A stretch of DNA of 64,000 nucleotides from the human T2T-CHM13v2.0 reference genome, Homo sapiens. Both the position numbers and the translations under genes were made by a program. Where the stretch lies: NCBI RefSeq assembly GCF_009914755.1, contig NC_060927.1. One strand, 5' to 3'. The notes below the pieces were generated by a model. It was not told where the DNA came from. It saw only the letters and a program-made list of their open reading frames with translations, and made no database searches. Positions 45,141 to 64,000 of the stretch are shown here, piece by piece (the first letter of the stretch is position 1; each line of letters opens with the position of its first letter).

Positions 45141-45685
45141 GCACTACTCACTGTATATTAAAGTAGAAGCCCAGTGTAACAAAATGCCAACCTCTCCCCT
45201 CTCTGTGACCCATGATCTCCCTGCGGTGTTCTCTCCTCATTCCAGGTCTCTCAGTGTACTTGTTCCTATTGCCTTTTCCTTTTGGCTAACTTCTTCTGGG
45301 CTACACTATCTAACATCTGGCTGTTGAGGTGACTACTAAATTGAATGCTAATTCAAACCTGGATGTTCACCTGTAACTAGGAATGTTGTTCTGGTCAAAA
45401 GTTAAGATTAACTGGAATGGTGACAACTGGTGTCTTTTTTATTCGCAGTCCTCAGTTTTGAACTCCTTTTTGGCTCTAAACTTGCTTGTGGGATTATCGG
45501 GGTTTTTTAAATTTTCAGTACTCCATTCTTGATTCGTCTAGAAAATCTGGGGGATTAATCTAAAAATTTATAGATTTCCTTTCAGTACAATTAGCCTAAT
45601 TACTTGATTTTTAATCTTATTTTACCATTTAAAGGTTGAAGAAATCTTGATTATGATGAAAATAAATTTATTTTTCTTTCAACAG

Positions 45686-45773
45686 TGACATTGTGAGGAA
45701 GATTGATCAGTCTGAATTTGAAGGTTTTGAGTATATCAATCCTCTTTTGATGTCTGCAGAAGAATGTGTCTGA
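45686..45773 (+). CDS. PRKCI: PRKCI exon 18 coding part (88 nt), hydrophobic motif FEGFEY, PDZ ligand, stop
   Basis: caacag|TGACATT...TGTGTC TGA; [28 protein letters not shown]. Confidence 0.97.
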
Positions 45774-45969
45774 TCCTCATTTTTCAACCATGTATTCTAC
45801 TCATGTTGCCATTTAATGCATGGATAAACTTGCTGCAAGCCTGGATACAATTAACCATTTTATATTTGCCACCTACAAAAAAACACCCAATATCTTCTCT
45901 TGTAGACTATATGAATCAATTATTACATCTGTTTTACTATGAAAAAAAAATTAATACTACTAGCTTCCA

Positions 45970-45977
45970 GACAATCA
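45970..45977 (+). promoter_or_regulatory. miR-219-5p 8mer seed site (GACAATCA)
   Basis: Exact complement of miR-219-5p nt 2-8 plus A1, in the proximal 3'UTR. Confidence 0.7.
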
Positions 45978-46177
45978 TGTCAAAATTTAGTTGAACTGGT
46001 TTTTCAGTTTTTAAAAGGCCTACAGATGAGTAATGAAGTTATCTTTTTTGTTTAAAAAAAAAAAAAACACTGCATTAAAAAAGTATCTGTTGCATTAAGG
46101 CACATAGTGGGATTACATCATAAACCTCCCATAATTTTTGTCATTCTGTGTTAAATCATTTCAGGGTTTAATTTTGA

Positions 46178-46183
46178 AATAAA
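46178..46183 (+). terminator. Proximal polyadenylation signal AATAAA
   Basis: Canonical hexamer ~400 nt after the stop, followed by a U-rich tract; a second AATAAA lies at 46280-46285. Confidence 0.6.
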
Positions 46184-46358
46184 AGATTAATATAAAATGC
46201 AACAACTTTTTATATTACCTATTAGTTTTGGAGTTCTTTATGTTTAAAAATTCAGGTGTAAATTTTATTGCCTTGGATAAATAAATTATTGATCTTTTTT
46301 AAGGCAGCAGTTATTAAATTGGTAATAGAAGATGCTGCTTGCTTAGAATTGGGAAATT

Positions 46359-46640
46359 CGGCTGGGTGCAGTGACTCAATGCCTGTGATCCCAGTACTTT
46401 GGGAGGTTGAGGCGGGCAGATCACTTGAGGTCAGGAGTTTGAGATTGGCCTGGTCAACATGGTGAAATCCTGTCTCTACTAAAAATACAAAAATTAGCTG
46501 GGCATGGTGGCACATACCTGTAATCCCAGCTACTCGGGAGGCTGAAACAGGAGAATCGCTTGAACCCAGGAGATGGAGTTGGCAGTGAGCCAAGATTAGC
46601 CTGGGCAACAGTGAGTGAGACTCGGTCTCAAACAAAAACC
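46359..46640 (+). mobile_element. Sense Alu in the PRKCI 3'UTR with a small right-arm deletion
   Basis: TSD aattgggaaattc; gagccaagatt joins directly to agcctgggc. Confidence 0.9.
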
Positions 46641-48603
46641 AAATTGGGAAATTCTTCTTGAGTTAAAAAAGACACTTTTTATTATGAATCAGATTCCAAA
46701 TCATTAACTATTTTTGCAAAACTGGCACAAGTGGTTTTTCTTTTTAAGTATATTAACAGGGTAGCTCCTGAGCCTTTCCCTTTATTGGAAACTTTAACTG
46801 CAGTGTTAATATATACACTGCAAAAGACCAAGGATGCAGTTGAATGGAAAATTACTCAGTGTATAGAAAGGAAAAAAACCAGAAATTTAAAATAGATACA
46901 GAAAAGTACACTGGTAATATTTTTATTTCCTATTGGAGAGTGAATCCCCACAGTTGCTTTTTGTGACTTGATTCAAATGAGGCACTCATTATTGTTACCA
47001 AACTTGTAAAAGCATTCCATGTATTCAGTGGAGGCAGAATGTATAATATTTTTTCCTTATAATTTAGCATACAGGAAAAGTATTTATTTTTTAAGTAGGG
47101 TATCTTAATTATGCTCATTTCTTCCCCTAAACCACATTATCTATATGATTGGACCCTTTAGTGAAATCAGAAAAATAAAGTAGGCATGAATAAATGTTCA
47201 GGACACACACATACACTCACACACATCACAGTATCAGCTCTTTCAGTGAGTTTTTATTAACTAGATAACACATGTAATACATAGTAGAATACATTTCAGA
47301 GGCAGAGTTCCTCGGATTATTTTTTATGGATATTAGTGTTCAGCAGCTTATTATTTAAAGGGGTGCCAAATATAGCATCCTTCTGTTGTTTATTTTAAAT
47401 ATATTTTTAATGAAAAGGGACTTAAAAAGTAAACATGATTATCTAAATTACTTAAAATTTTTTAATCTTAGTAAAAATTTTAGGAAAGTTATCTAGTTTA
47501 AATTTCAAATGTTTTAAAATTTGTAGGCATTTAATAAATTATCTTTTTTTGGAGGGGTGGATGCTGCATTTCATTGGAAATGTCATTTTTCCAAAGTTTC
47601 TAGCTATATACTCTCTTTCCTTCAAATAACATAAGTCTGAAAGCAATGAAAACGTCAAAGGAAAATGTTTATATACATCCACATGTTTATTTAATATGTT
47701 TCTCTTAACACCTGAAACTTGTTTTAAAACAAAAAGCAGTATTCACTTCAAATCATAAACTTAGAATTCTGTATCTCATGTCAGAAATATGTTTATGGCC
47801 TTGCTTTTAAGTGGTGCTGTTTCCCATAGGGCATTAGTTCTCAGATTTTGGAATGTGAAATAATCACCTAGGAAGTTGGTTTAAAATGCACACTAGTGAG
47901 CCCACCTTAGACTTCTTTTGGGGCCTTCGACCTCACTTTGAGAAATACCTTCTTCAGGTTATTCTTTATGTTTGTCCTGTGGTTAAATATTAGAGTATTC
48001 ATGATAAAACATTTTGAGAAGGGGTAAGCAGTGAGTTATTACCCACAATTTAAAGCAAATTTTGAATGAATCTTTAAGTTAGGTATCTACCTTCCCACCA
48101 GCCCCCCAAAAAACCTCTCAGTAGTTTCTTTCAGTGTACAAAATGATGAGCATTTTTCTATGATGAGGTTTTAACCATTATTCAGGGTGGTCTTTTGTTT
48201 TTAAATCTTTTTTTAACTAATAAGATTTACGGTGTGTATTTTATACAGAAATGCATTATAAATGTTTTTAATTGTGTTCTGTTTTTTGCAGTCTTTAAGT
48301 GCCATGCCAATTGTTCTTATATTCTATAGAAGTTCGCTCAAAATACTCAACAGGGGAATAGGCAGCGGACAGTCAGAATGGTTGGAATTTTGGCTTTCTA
48401 AGAAAAACTTTATTTTGCATAAGCATGTGGTCAGATCATTTTGTGCATATGCAGCCTGGATTGGATGTTAAGTAAATGCTTGTTCAGTGCCGGTACATTT
48501 ACTTAAATCTGTTTTTATTTTTGTCATGTAGAATACTACTGTGGTCATCATAATGTAATCTATTTCTGTACCTTTTTTTTTTTTTTTTACTTTGAAGTCT
48601 TTA

Positions 48604-48609
48604 AATAAA
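48604..48609 (+). terminator. Distal polyadenylation signal AATAAA
   Basis: Canonical hexamer preceded by TGTA motifs and a T-run, followed by a U/GU-rich tract. Confidence 0.8.
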
Positions 48610-48798
48610 ATGTATAATACCCATTGAGAGTGGATCATTTTTCATATGTAGTATGTCAGAAATTTGTATAAGAACAAAGATGCATCAAAATTTGTTCAAG
48701 AAAAAGTGAAAATTTCAGAGTTTGGAATTTTGCTGTACTTAAAGCACCATTCTGGTAGAACTGATGCTGTCGTATTTACATTTAATAATGTTACATTT

Positions 48799-51070
<2,272 letters not shown>

Positions 51071-52164
51071 AATCTGAATAGTTTATATCCCTAGCTTATT
51101 CCAGAATATACTGGAATTTACTGTGCACGATGCTAAATAAGGCTAATAAAAACAACCTCTGCCCTTGATGTTAAACGTAGAAAACAGACATACTGAGATG
51201 TTCATCTCCACAATGAATAGTCCAGTGACAAAAGCCAAATAAATGCATGAAAATATACATTATGTAATCATGATGGTTCACTAATGAAACTTATAGGAAT
51301 TTTATTTAACATTCTTTTGTAATTAATGCTGGACATTTTTCAGGTTTATGGTAGATTCCACAGCTTTCTGGGTTTATATATACACAATAAGAATAGAATC
51401 TTTAGATCAATCTCTTAACATACACACTATGAGATTGTTTTTGGCTTTTGTGCTGAGAAATATGAATTGGATTTTGCCTGGGAATGGGAGAGCAGATTGT
51501 CAGCTGCTTCTGCTTAGATTAGATCTTTTACAGTCCATCTCTGAAATTTATAATTAAAATGAATCCAGCTCAGAATTTAAGAGTGATTTTTGTGGCAGTG
51601 CGATTCACTTTCATGTAACTTGTGCCTTACTGGTGTTGACATTTTATTTTTACTCCAATTACTATTTTTAGTATTTGTATGGATAAACAAATTATAAGTA
51701 CCTAAGAATTAGTGGCTGTTTAATGTGATCTTTTACAAGATATCTGAAAATGAAAGCCCATGCCAGATGGATTCACTAGACTTGAGAGGGTTAAGTTTTC
51801 ATCAACAATTTAGCTGGTCAGAAGCAAATTCCAATTGTTTAAGAAAGAGCCTGTTGAAACGCTCTAGCAAAATTTTTGAAAATTTAGATGCTTTGTTTTT
51901 TCCATAAAAGGGAAGTGCTGGGTGGTTTCTAGAGGTAGTGCCACATAACCAGATTTAAAACTTGCATGAGATAAACTATCTGCAATGTGGGTGGCTACAC
52001 TTGATGATTTTTACATTATTCATAATATATTTAGGAATAAAAACATGCAAAGGAACTTAAATACAGAAAATACAGAAATTTAGCTCACATTTTACGGCCT
52101 TTTACAGAAAATTTTTAAGAAAAAAAATTTTTGAGGCAGTAGATTTTTATTTAAACAGCCAGAT

Positions 52165-56450
<4,286 letters not shown>

Positions 56451-57665
56451 ATCAGTCTCACTGGGAGAAAGTACACACACACAACTAGTGCACTGTTTGT
56501 CAGTGTCTTGCTTACTTCTTGATGGCCATCTCTGGGTATCTGTTTAAGGCCTTACTTCCTTCTCTGAAACTGCATTGACTCAACCCTGCCAGGCTTTTTC
56601 CATAATGTTGTGCTCTATCTTTCAATGGTTTGAGCCTCCAATGTCATGTACCTATGAAATACACTTTCTCAGGCAGCCCAAGATCCCTTTCTTTGAAATT
56701 CTCAGAACTGTGTGGTAGCCCATCATAAATGACTCCTACTGCCATCATGGGATGTGAGCCTGTCCAACAAAATAGTACTGTTGCTGGCCTCCTCAGTTGA
56801 CTATGACTCCCTTGGATAAAAAAAGTACAGGAGGCTGCTGATTTCTAGGGAAGGAGGGAGGGTGCCTCTAATCCACTAGATGACTGCTGGGGTTAGATCT
56901 CTTGAGTATCTTGGAAAGTTATCTATGGTGACCATCCAAGATGTGCCACCAGTAACCCAGCCTCCCTCCCATCCTGCTCTGTTCTTGCCCTTACCAAACT
57001 CAACCTTCCCTTTGTCCTCCCCTCCTTTCTCCTGTGCACACTGGAACCCTCTTAAGGAGTAAATGAGCATCTATGTTCTCAGCTTTTTCATCGCACTTTT
57101 CCCCTACTGACTATCCTGACGACATTGCTTTTCTTGCCACCCTCTCTCAAGAGGAGGCTGCGTATTCTCTTGCTGTTTCCCTGAGTTCCGCGTTCTGGCT
57201 CCTTCATGCTGCTTGTGTGCTATTACTCCTCCATCATGTGTAAAAAAACCTACGTCTTTGGGGTTTACACTACGTGGCTGTGTCTCTTTGCCATATGCCA
57301 CATTGCTGCTTATCAAATTTCATCTGAGGAAGGTTTGGCACCTGGGTCACTGATTGCTCTACCCCAAGGCCTGCCATCCTTGATAACTTCAGTGTCTAAA
57401 TAGGCCAAGGATCTGACTGCAATCAAACACCAAATCCCATCCCTTCCTTCTTCTTAGTGTGTCCTACCACGCTTGTTTCCACCTAAGGATCTTAACTCAT
57501 GTTGTCCCCATACCTGAATACGCTCCTTCCCTCTTTCCCTTTATAGCCTTCAGGTTTGTGTCACTTCCCCAGAAACGTGCACTCAAGGCCATCTTATCTA
57601 GTGGTTCCCTCTGCTATTCTCTATCAATGACCCTTCATAGCGCTTCTTCCTCCTAGCATCTCTCA

Positions 57666-57667
<2 letters not shown>

Positions 57668-57711
<44 letters not shown>
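57668..57711. repeat. (GT)n microsatellite
   Basis: About 22 perfect GT units. Confidence 0.95.
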
Positions 57712-57717
<6 letters not shown>

Positions 57718-58066
57718 TTGCTGGTTTATTTCATTGTCATCTGTCATTTCCAGCAATCTGTATGTCCCTCAAGGACAGGGGCCATGTCAATTTCATTTAC
57801 TTTTGGAGTCTCAGCATAAGAACAATGCTTGGCACACAGACCCTCCAGAAATATTTATAAAATAAATAAATAAATGAGTGGATAGACTTAGCTCTGTACT
57901 TTGAAAGGAGAGAGCTCCCACTGGCTCATGTTTCCACCATCAGTAGAGGTTGGCAAGGAAACTTTCACTGCTCCTGCTGGGTGAAGGCTAAGGAACCAGT
58001 AATGTTTTAAGGCAGAAGTGCAGAAGCAACAAAATATTTTTGGCTTTAGTTTTTAAAGTATTATGC

Positions 58067-58330
58067 TTTTTTTTTGAGATGGAGTCTTGCTCTGTCGCCC
58101 AGGCTAGACTGCAGTGGCGCAGTCTCAGCTCACTGCAACCTCCATTCCCAGGTTCAAGCGATTCTCCTACCTCAGCCTCCCAAGTAGCTGGGATTACAGG
58201 TGCGCACCACCACGCCCGGCTAATTTTTGTGTTTTTTTAGTAGAGATGGGGTTTCGCTACGTTGGCCAGGCTGGTCTTGAACTGTTGACCTCAAGTGATC
58301 TGCCCGCCTCAGCCTCCTAAAGTGCCTCCC
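58067..58330 (-). mobile_element. Antisense Alu lacking its 5' end, abutting ERV internal sequence
   Basis: Ends at cctcctaaagtgcctcccaaa instead of ...gctgggattacagg. Confidence 0.8.
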
Positions 58331-58845
58331 AAACAATTAATAAGTGTTTAAGAAAATATTTAGTAAGCTTGTTCTGTATTCCTACACAAAAAGTATAACA
58401 GCAACATATTCCACAAGAGTAAAGCAAAATAAGTAAAATTATTCCAAGTAAACAAATTAGGAGGCTTTTTATGAACTGGGCAACTGTTGGAACTAAGCTG
58501 GTATGGGGTTGTTAACTGATTGTAATGTGCCCAGAATTAGAATATTGATCCAGATTTTTACATTACCCATCTCTTTTGGGTTTTTTTTTTTTTTTTTGAG
58601 CAACAATTAGAGATCATTGGTTGGTTTACAGGAATAAGCAGGGTTAGCCTAAATTGCAGAAACAAACTGAAAAATAACTAATGAGACTAGAATTTAATAA
58701 CAAGTATACCATAGTTTTTGAAACATAATATTTTTCTTTCCAGTTTTCCATTTTTATTAAAGACAAATTATAGTAAGACTGATTTGCTTTATTATACTTG
58801 ACTTGATTATTTGTATAAAGTGCAGCAAGAGTATATTTTATATAG

Positions 58846-59247
<402 letters not shown>

Positions 59248-60504
59248 TAAAACTGTCTTTATTTTTAAAAGATTACTGAAGTCATGTGAACAAAAAGGCG
59301 TTAAAGTGTCTATTTTTCTGACAAAATATTTTATTTAAGCGCTTAGTTTTTAAGCCAATTAATTAGAGCTCTTTTACATATAAACATACAACACATATAA
59401 ATACACAGACAGAAGATTTAGCACTTGTAAGATTTTTCTATTTGCCAGTTTTTTAACTGGATTACTGGCTTCAGGGCGGAGCCCTTGGAGGAACAGGGCC
59501 AGGAAAGCTTGCGTTTCTAAGGCCAAATAAGCAGCAAATAAGCAGCTGAAAGCAAAGACAGATCCCCACAGTTAAGGGTGCCATTTTATACTGGTTCCTG
59601 GAGTCCCAAAAGGAAGGAAATACTACGGGAGCAGGCGGTGCAGTGCTTCTATTCTGCATTTCATTGCAAGGCAACACAAAGCCAATCAGCCCATTTTATA
59701 ATCAGCCCATTCCTCATGGGAGTTTTATTTCCCAGTGGGGTTGGGGTGTTTCCCTATCTTCTAGGTGGCCAAGAGCATGCTTTTTTTACTCAAGTATGCA
59801 AAGAGTCAAGTATCCCTTGATAGCTATTATTAGCCATCCCTTAAAGTGTATTTCCTACCTAGTTATTGTATTATAAAACACCAAAGCTTTTTCATAATGG
59901 GAAGTAATTTCTGATACCCCCAAAACTCAAAACCATTAGATAACACAATGCAAAACAGAACAGAGCCTTTGATTTTTTAGAGGGATCTGTCTGCTTTTAA
60001 TTCCTGGGGTTTCATGAAGAAAACAGAGGTTTTTTTTTTTCCCCAAAATGGAGTCTGTGGCGCCTCCTCCGTTTTTCCCAAGGAGTCCCAGGCTACCAGA
60101 AGTTACCTTAGGGCCCCTCATGTATGCATTGAGAGTGGCAAAACAAACAAACAAACAAAAAATGGAGAAAAATAATTCAGTCGACTGAGAAGAAAAAAAA
60201 AAACTTTTCCAGAAAAGCAAGTTCCAAGAAGAGAAAAACATAAAGGCCTTTTAAATATATCTAGAGCTTGTTTATCCACTTTTAATTAAGCTGACTTTCA
60301 ACCATAGTGCTCTTTAAAAAAAAAAAAGACATTTTTTCAGATCTCTTGTTACCCGACTGTAGCCATGCCAAGCGGCCAAAATTTCCAGCTTTTGAACGTT
60401 ACCAAAGGTAACCTTCTAGGCGCTTAGAGAAAGGAAAATTTAGGACAGTCCACGGAGAAGAGAATAGACAAGGTCACTCAGATATTACACCAGAAATGAC
60501 TTAT

Positions 60505-60577
60505 TTCCTAGGTGGGGAAACGAACCTGGACCACTAACTGTGAAAGTGCAAGATCCTAGTTACTGAGCTACAGTGGG
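60505..60577 (-). pseudogene. Degenerate tRNA-Glu(TTC)-like sequence inside the ERV internal region
   Basis: Minus strand agtaactaggatcttgcactttcacagttagtggtccaggttcgtttccc aligns to recalled tRNA-Glu agtggctaggattcggcgctttcaccgccgcggcccgggttcgattccc. Confidence 0.55.
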
Positions 60578-61280
60578 CAGCATTCTGTGTGTGTGTTTTC
60601 TCAGAAGGAGCCTAGAGTAGTTAATTTTGAGCTTGCAGAGGCTTCTAACTATCTAATATGATTTTTAGAGCTAACTATGACATGAACCCTAAAATTCCTG
60701 TTCCCTGGAAGGCAGAGACCAAGAGAAAGTACCACCACATGGTTAAAAGGTCACGCTCCCAAGAACATAAAACAAAGTGGAGACTTCATCCAGTTTTTTT
60801 TGTTTGTTTCAGGGACCTACAGCCAAGTTTCTTACTGACCAGCTTGCTGGGTCGTTTTGAAAAGCAGGCTTACAGGTGTTCTAAGCCCATGTTTTACTCT
60901 AAAGTACCCCTCAACACAGAAAAACAAATTTACAGCACGAAATACACCAGTTTAAGATTAGCCTTAGAATTTTTTCACATTAATTAAAACTTTACAGAGG
61001 AGATCAACACTGATTTATTTGTTTATTTATTTATTTTTCCATTTATTGAACCATTTTCACAGAGAGAGAAGCCAGAAATCTGACTGGTAGGAAATTCTTA
61101 CCCTTTTGCCAGCATGCCAGGCTTCTGGGTTCCCTTTCCCTAAGCGGCATTACTGATCAGGCTTGTGGCACCATCGTCCTGGGGGCCAAGCCGCATCATA
61201 AAGGAAAATTATTTGTTTTTGTTCTGGCCAGAGCAAAATACATGTGATAAAACATAGACATGGCAGGGCGCGGTGGCTCA

Positions 61281-61571
<291 letters not shown>

Positions 61572-62082
61572 TTAGCCACACTGCTTAGCACCCAATATCA
61601 AACTGGCGAAGCTTAAATTTGCCCCCAGATGGGCCCCGTCATCTTTGATCCAACCTCTGACTTGGAGTTTCAACACGTGGTCTCTGGGCAAGATGGTCGC
61701 CTTGAGTAATAGAAAAGATAGAAAGGGAAAGGAAAAGTAGAGAAGGAAAGTATTGCCTGCAGCAGGGTGGGGAAGTCCAAATGATCAGGGAGGCCAGAGA
61801 AAGACCCCCTCATTGCAGCGACGCTTTAAAGTTCAGGTGGCTGCGGCTGCTGTCGTTAAGGGGTTTTTCCCAGCAGTCCCGCCAGCTCTCAAGTTTCCCC
61901 TTTCAGGAAGGAAAAAGCTCCCATGTCCCACGATCCTGTACAGGCCTAACCCTGTCACCCACAGCCATCAGCAAACAGTGCAAGGCAGATTAATCCAAAG
62001 AGAATTGCAGTTAACATCCCATAGTGCTGAACCTGTTCTTAGCCGAGAAGGACTTTACCTAGAGGGGTCTCTAACCCTTTAA

Positions 62083-62533
<451 letters not shown>

Positions 62534-62562
62534 TAGCCGTTGGGTCGCGATTTCTGCACTAT

Positions 62563-62582
62563 AGTCCCTTCTGTAGTCGCCA
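62563..62582 (-). other. Primer-binding site, tRNA-Arg(TCG)-like
   Basis: Minus strand tggcgactacagaagggact close to the LTR end; resembles the complement of the tRNA-Arg-TCG 3' end (tggcgaccacgaagggact). Confidence 0.6.
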
Positions 62583-62608
62583 GAAATATCTTACAGGACA
62601 GAAAAATA

Positions 62609-63472
<864 letters not shown>

Positions 63473-63685
63473 CTATCACCAGGTAGACAGTGTTTGTTAG
63501 AAGTGAGTTAAATTGTAGGACACTCAGTTGTTATCCACTGGAGAATTGCTTGGTTGTCGACAGGGGGACATCCCCACACATTCTGGTGACCGGAGGGGAA
63601 GTATTCTGTGTTGAGTGTTTTAACTGTGTGAGAGCAGGAAAACACTGTTTTTTTTGTTTTGTTTTGTTTTGTTTTCCCCATCCTT
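63473..63685. mobile_element. MER21-like LTR fragment
   Basis: ccaggtagacagtg...gagttaaattgtaggacactcag...ggagaattgcttgg...ccccacacattctggtg recalled as MER21-family sequence. Confidence 0.55.
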
Positions 63686-64000
63686 TTCAAAGACTACATT
63701 AAACGCTAAGGAGAAAGGTAGTTCAATGAGAAAGGCAGTTTAAAGACTCCAAATAAAAGATAAAGCTAGATATTTCCTATACCATTCCAAAGCTTGCTTT
63801 GTCATTGTGCTTATACGGCCTTTCCATGTTTTTAAGTGTTATAACTACATTTTGAAATGAAGATCTGTTTTGATAAAAATATGAAAGCTATAAAGAGAAA
63901 TATGTATGCAGCCTAAAAGTCGGACTGACCAAAAAATTCTTTAGAGACTTATGTCTTGCCGGGTGTGGTGGCTCACACCTGTAATCCTAGCACTTTGGGA

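Larger units (their letters stand above)
45774..48625 (+). other. PRKCI: PRKCI 3'UTR (long form)
   Basis: AT-rich sequence after the stop codon, ending at a U-run/UGUA-rich region plus AATAAA; exact cleavage site inferred. Confidence 0.8.

Noticed and set aside
46054-46067. A14 run as a transcript end
   Set aside because: It is genomically encoded and a likely oligo-dT internal priming artefact.
61753-62082. 109-aa ORF in the ERV as gag or an accessory gene
   Set aside because: It lies on the strand opposite to the provirus, starts at a non-ATG codon and has no recognisable retroviral motifs.

Overview
Human (or great-ape) genomic DNA, not prokaryotic. It carries the 3' part of the intron-containing PRKCI gene (protein kinase C iota, atypical PKC) on the + strand. 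Coding exons 3-18 lie at 2619-45773, all with GT-AG boundaries. Their phases and lengths join into one open frame matching the recalled 596-aa PKC-iota from ..GDPCTVSSQ.. to ..SAEECV*; exons 1-2 are upstream of the window. A ~2.85 kb 3'UTR follows, with proximal and distal AATAAA signals, and then ~15 kb of intergenic DNA ending in a truncated antisense MER41-type ERV. The region is very Alu-dense, with nested Alus plus L1, L2, MIR, MER5 and MST relics, and almost all ORF-track entries are Alu artefacts. I see no new multi-gene system. The most unusual structures are: (1) a ~130-bp non-Alu inverted duplication in intron 12, pasted into the middle of an Alu monomer; (2) a 33-nt-identical hairpin-containing duplication on both sides of exon 13, one copy with TSD-like flanks; (3) a single-TSD composite insertion (truncated Alu + unique spacer + AluY); (4) a 50-nt retroposed structured RNA; (5) the inverted-Alu architecture around exons 15-16 (circPRKCI); (6) a tRNA-Glu relic inside the ERV. 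Exon coordinates were read base by base. Repeat boundaries and subfamilies are by eye and approximate.
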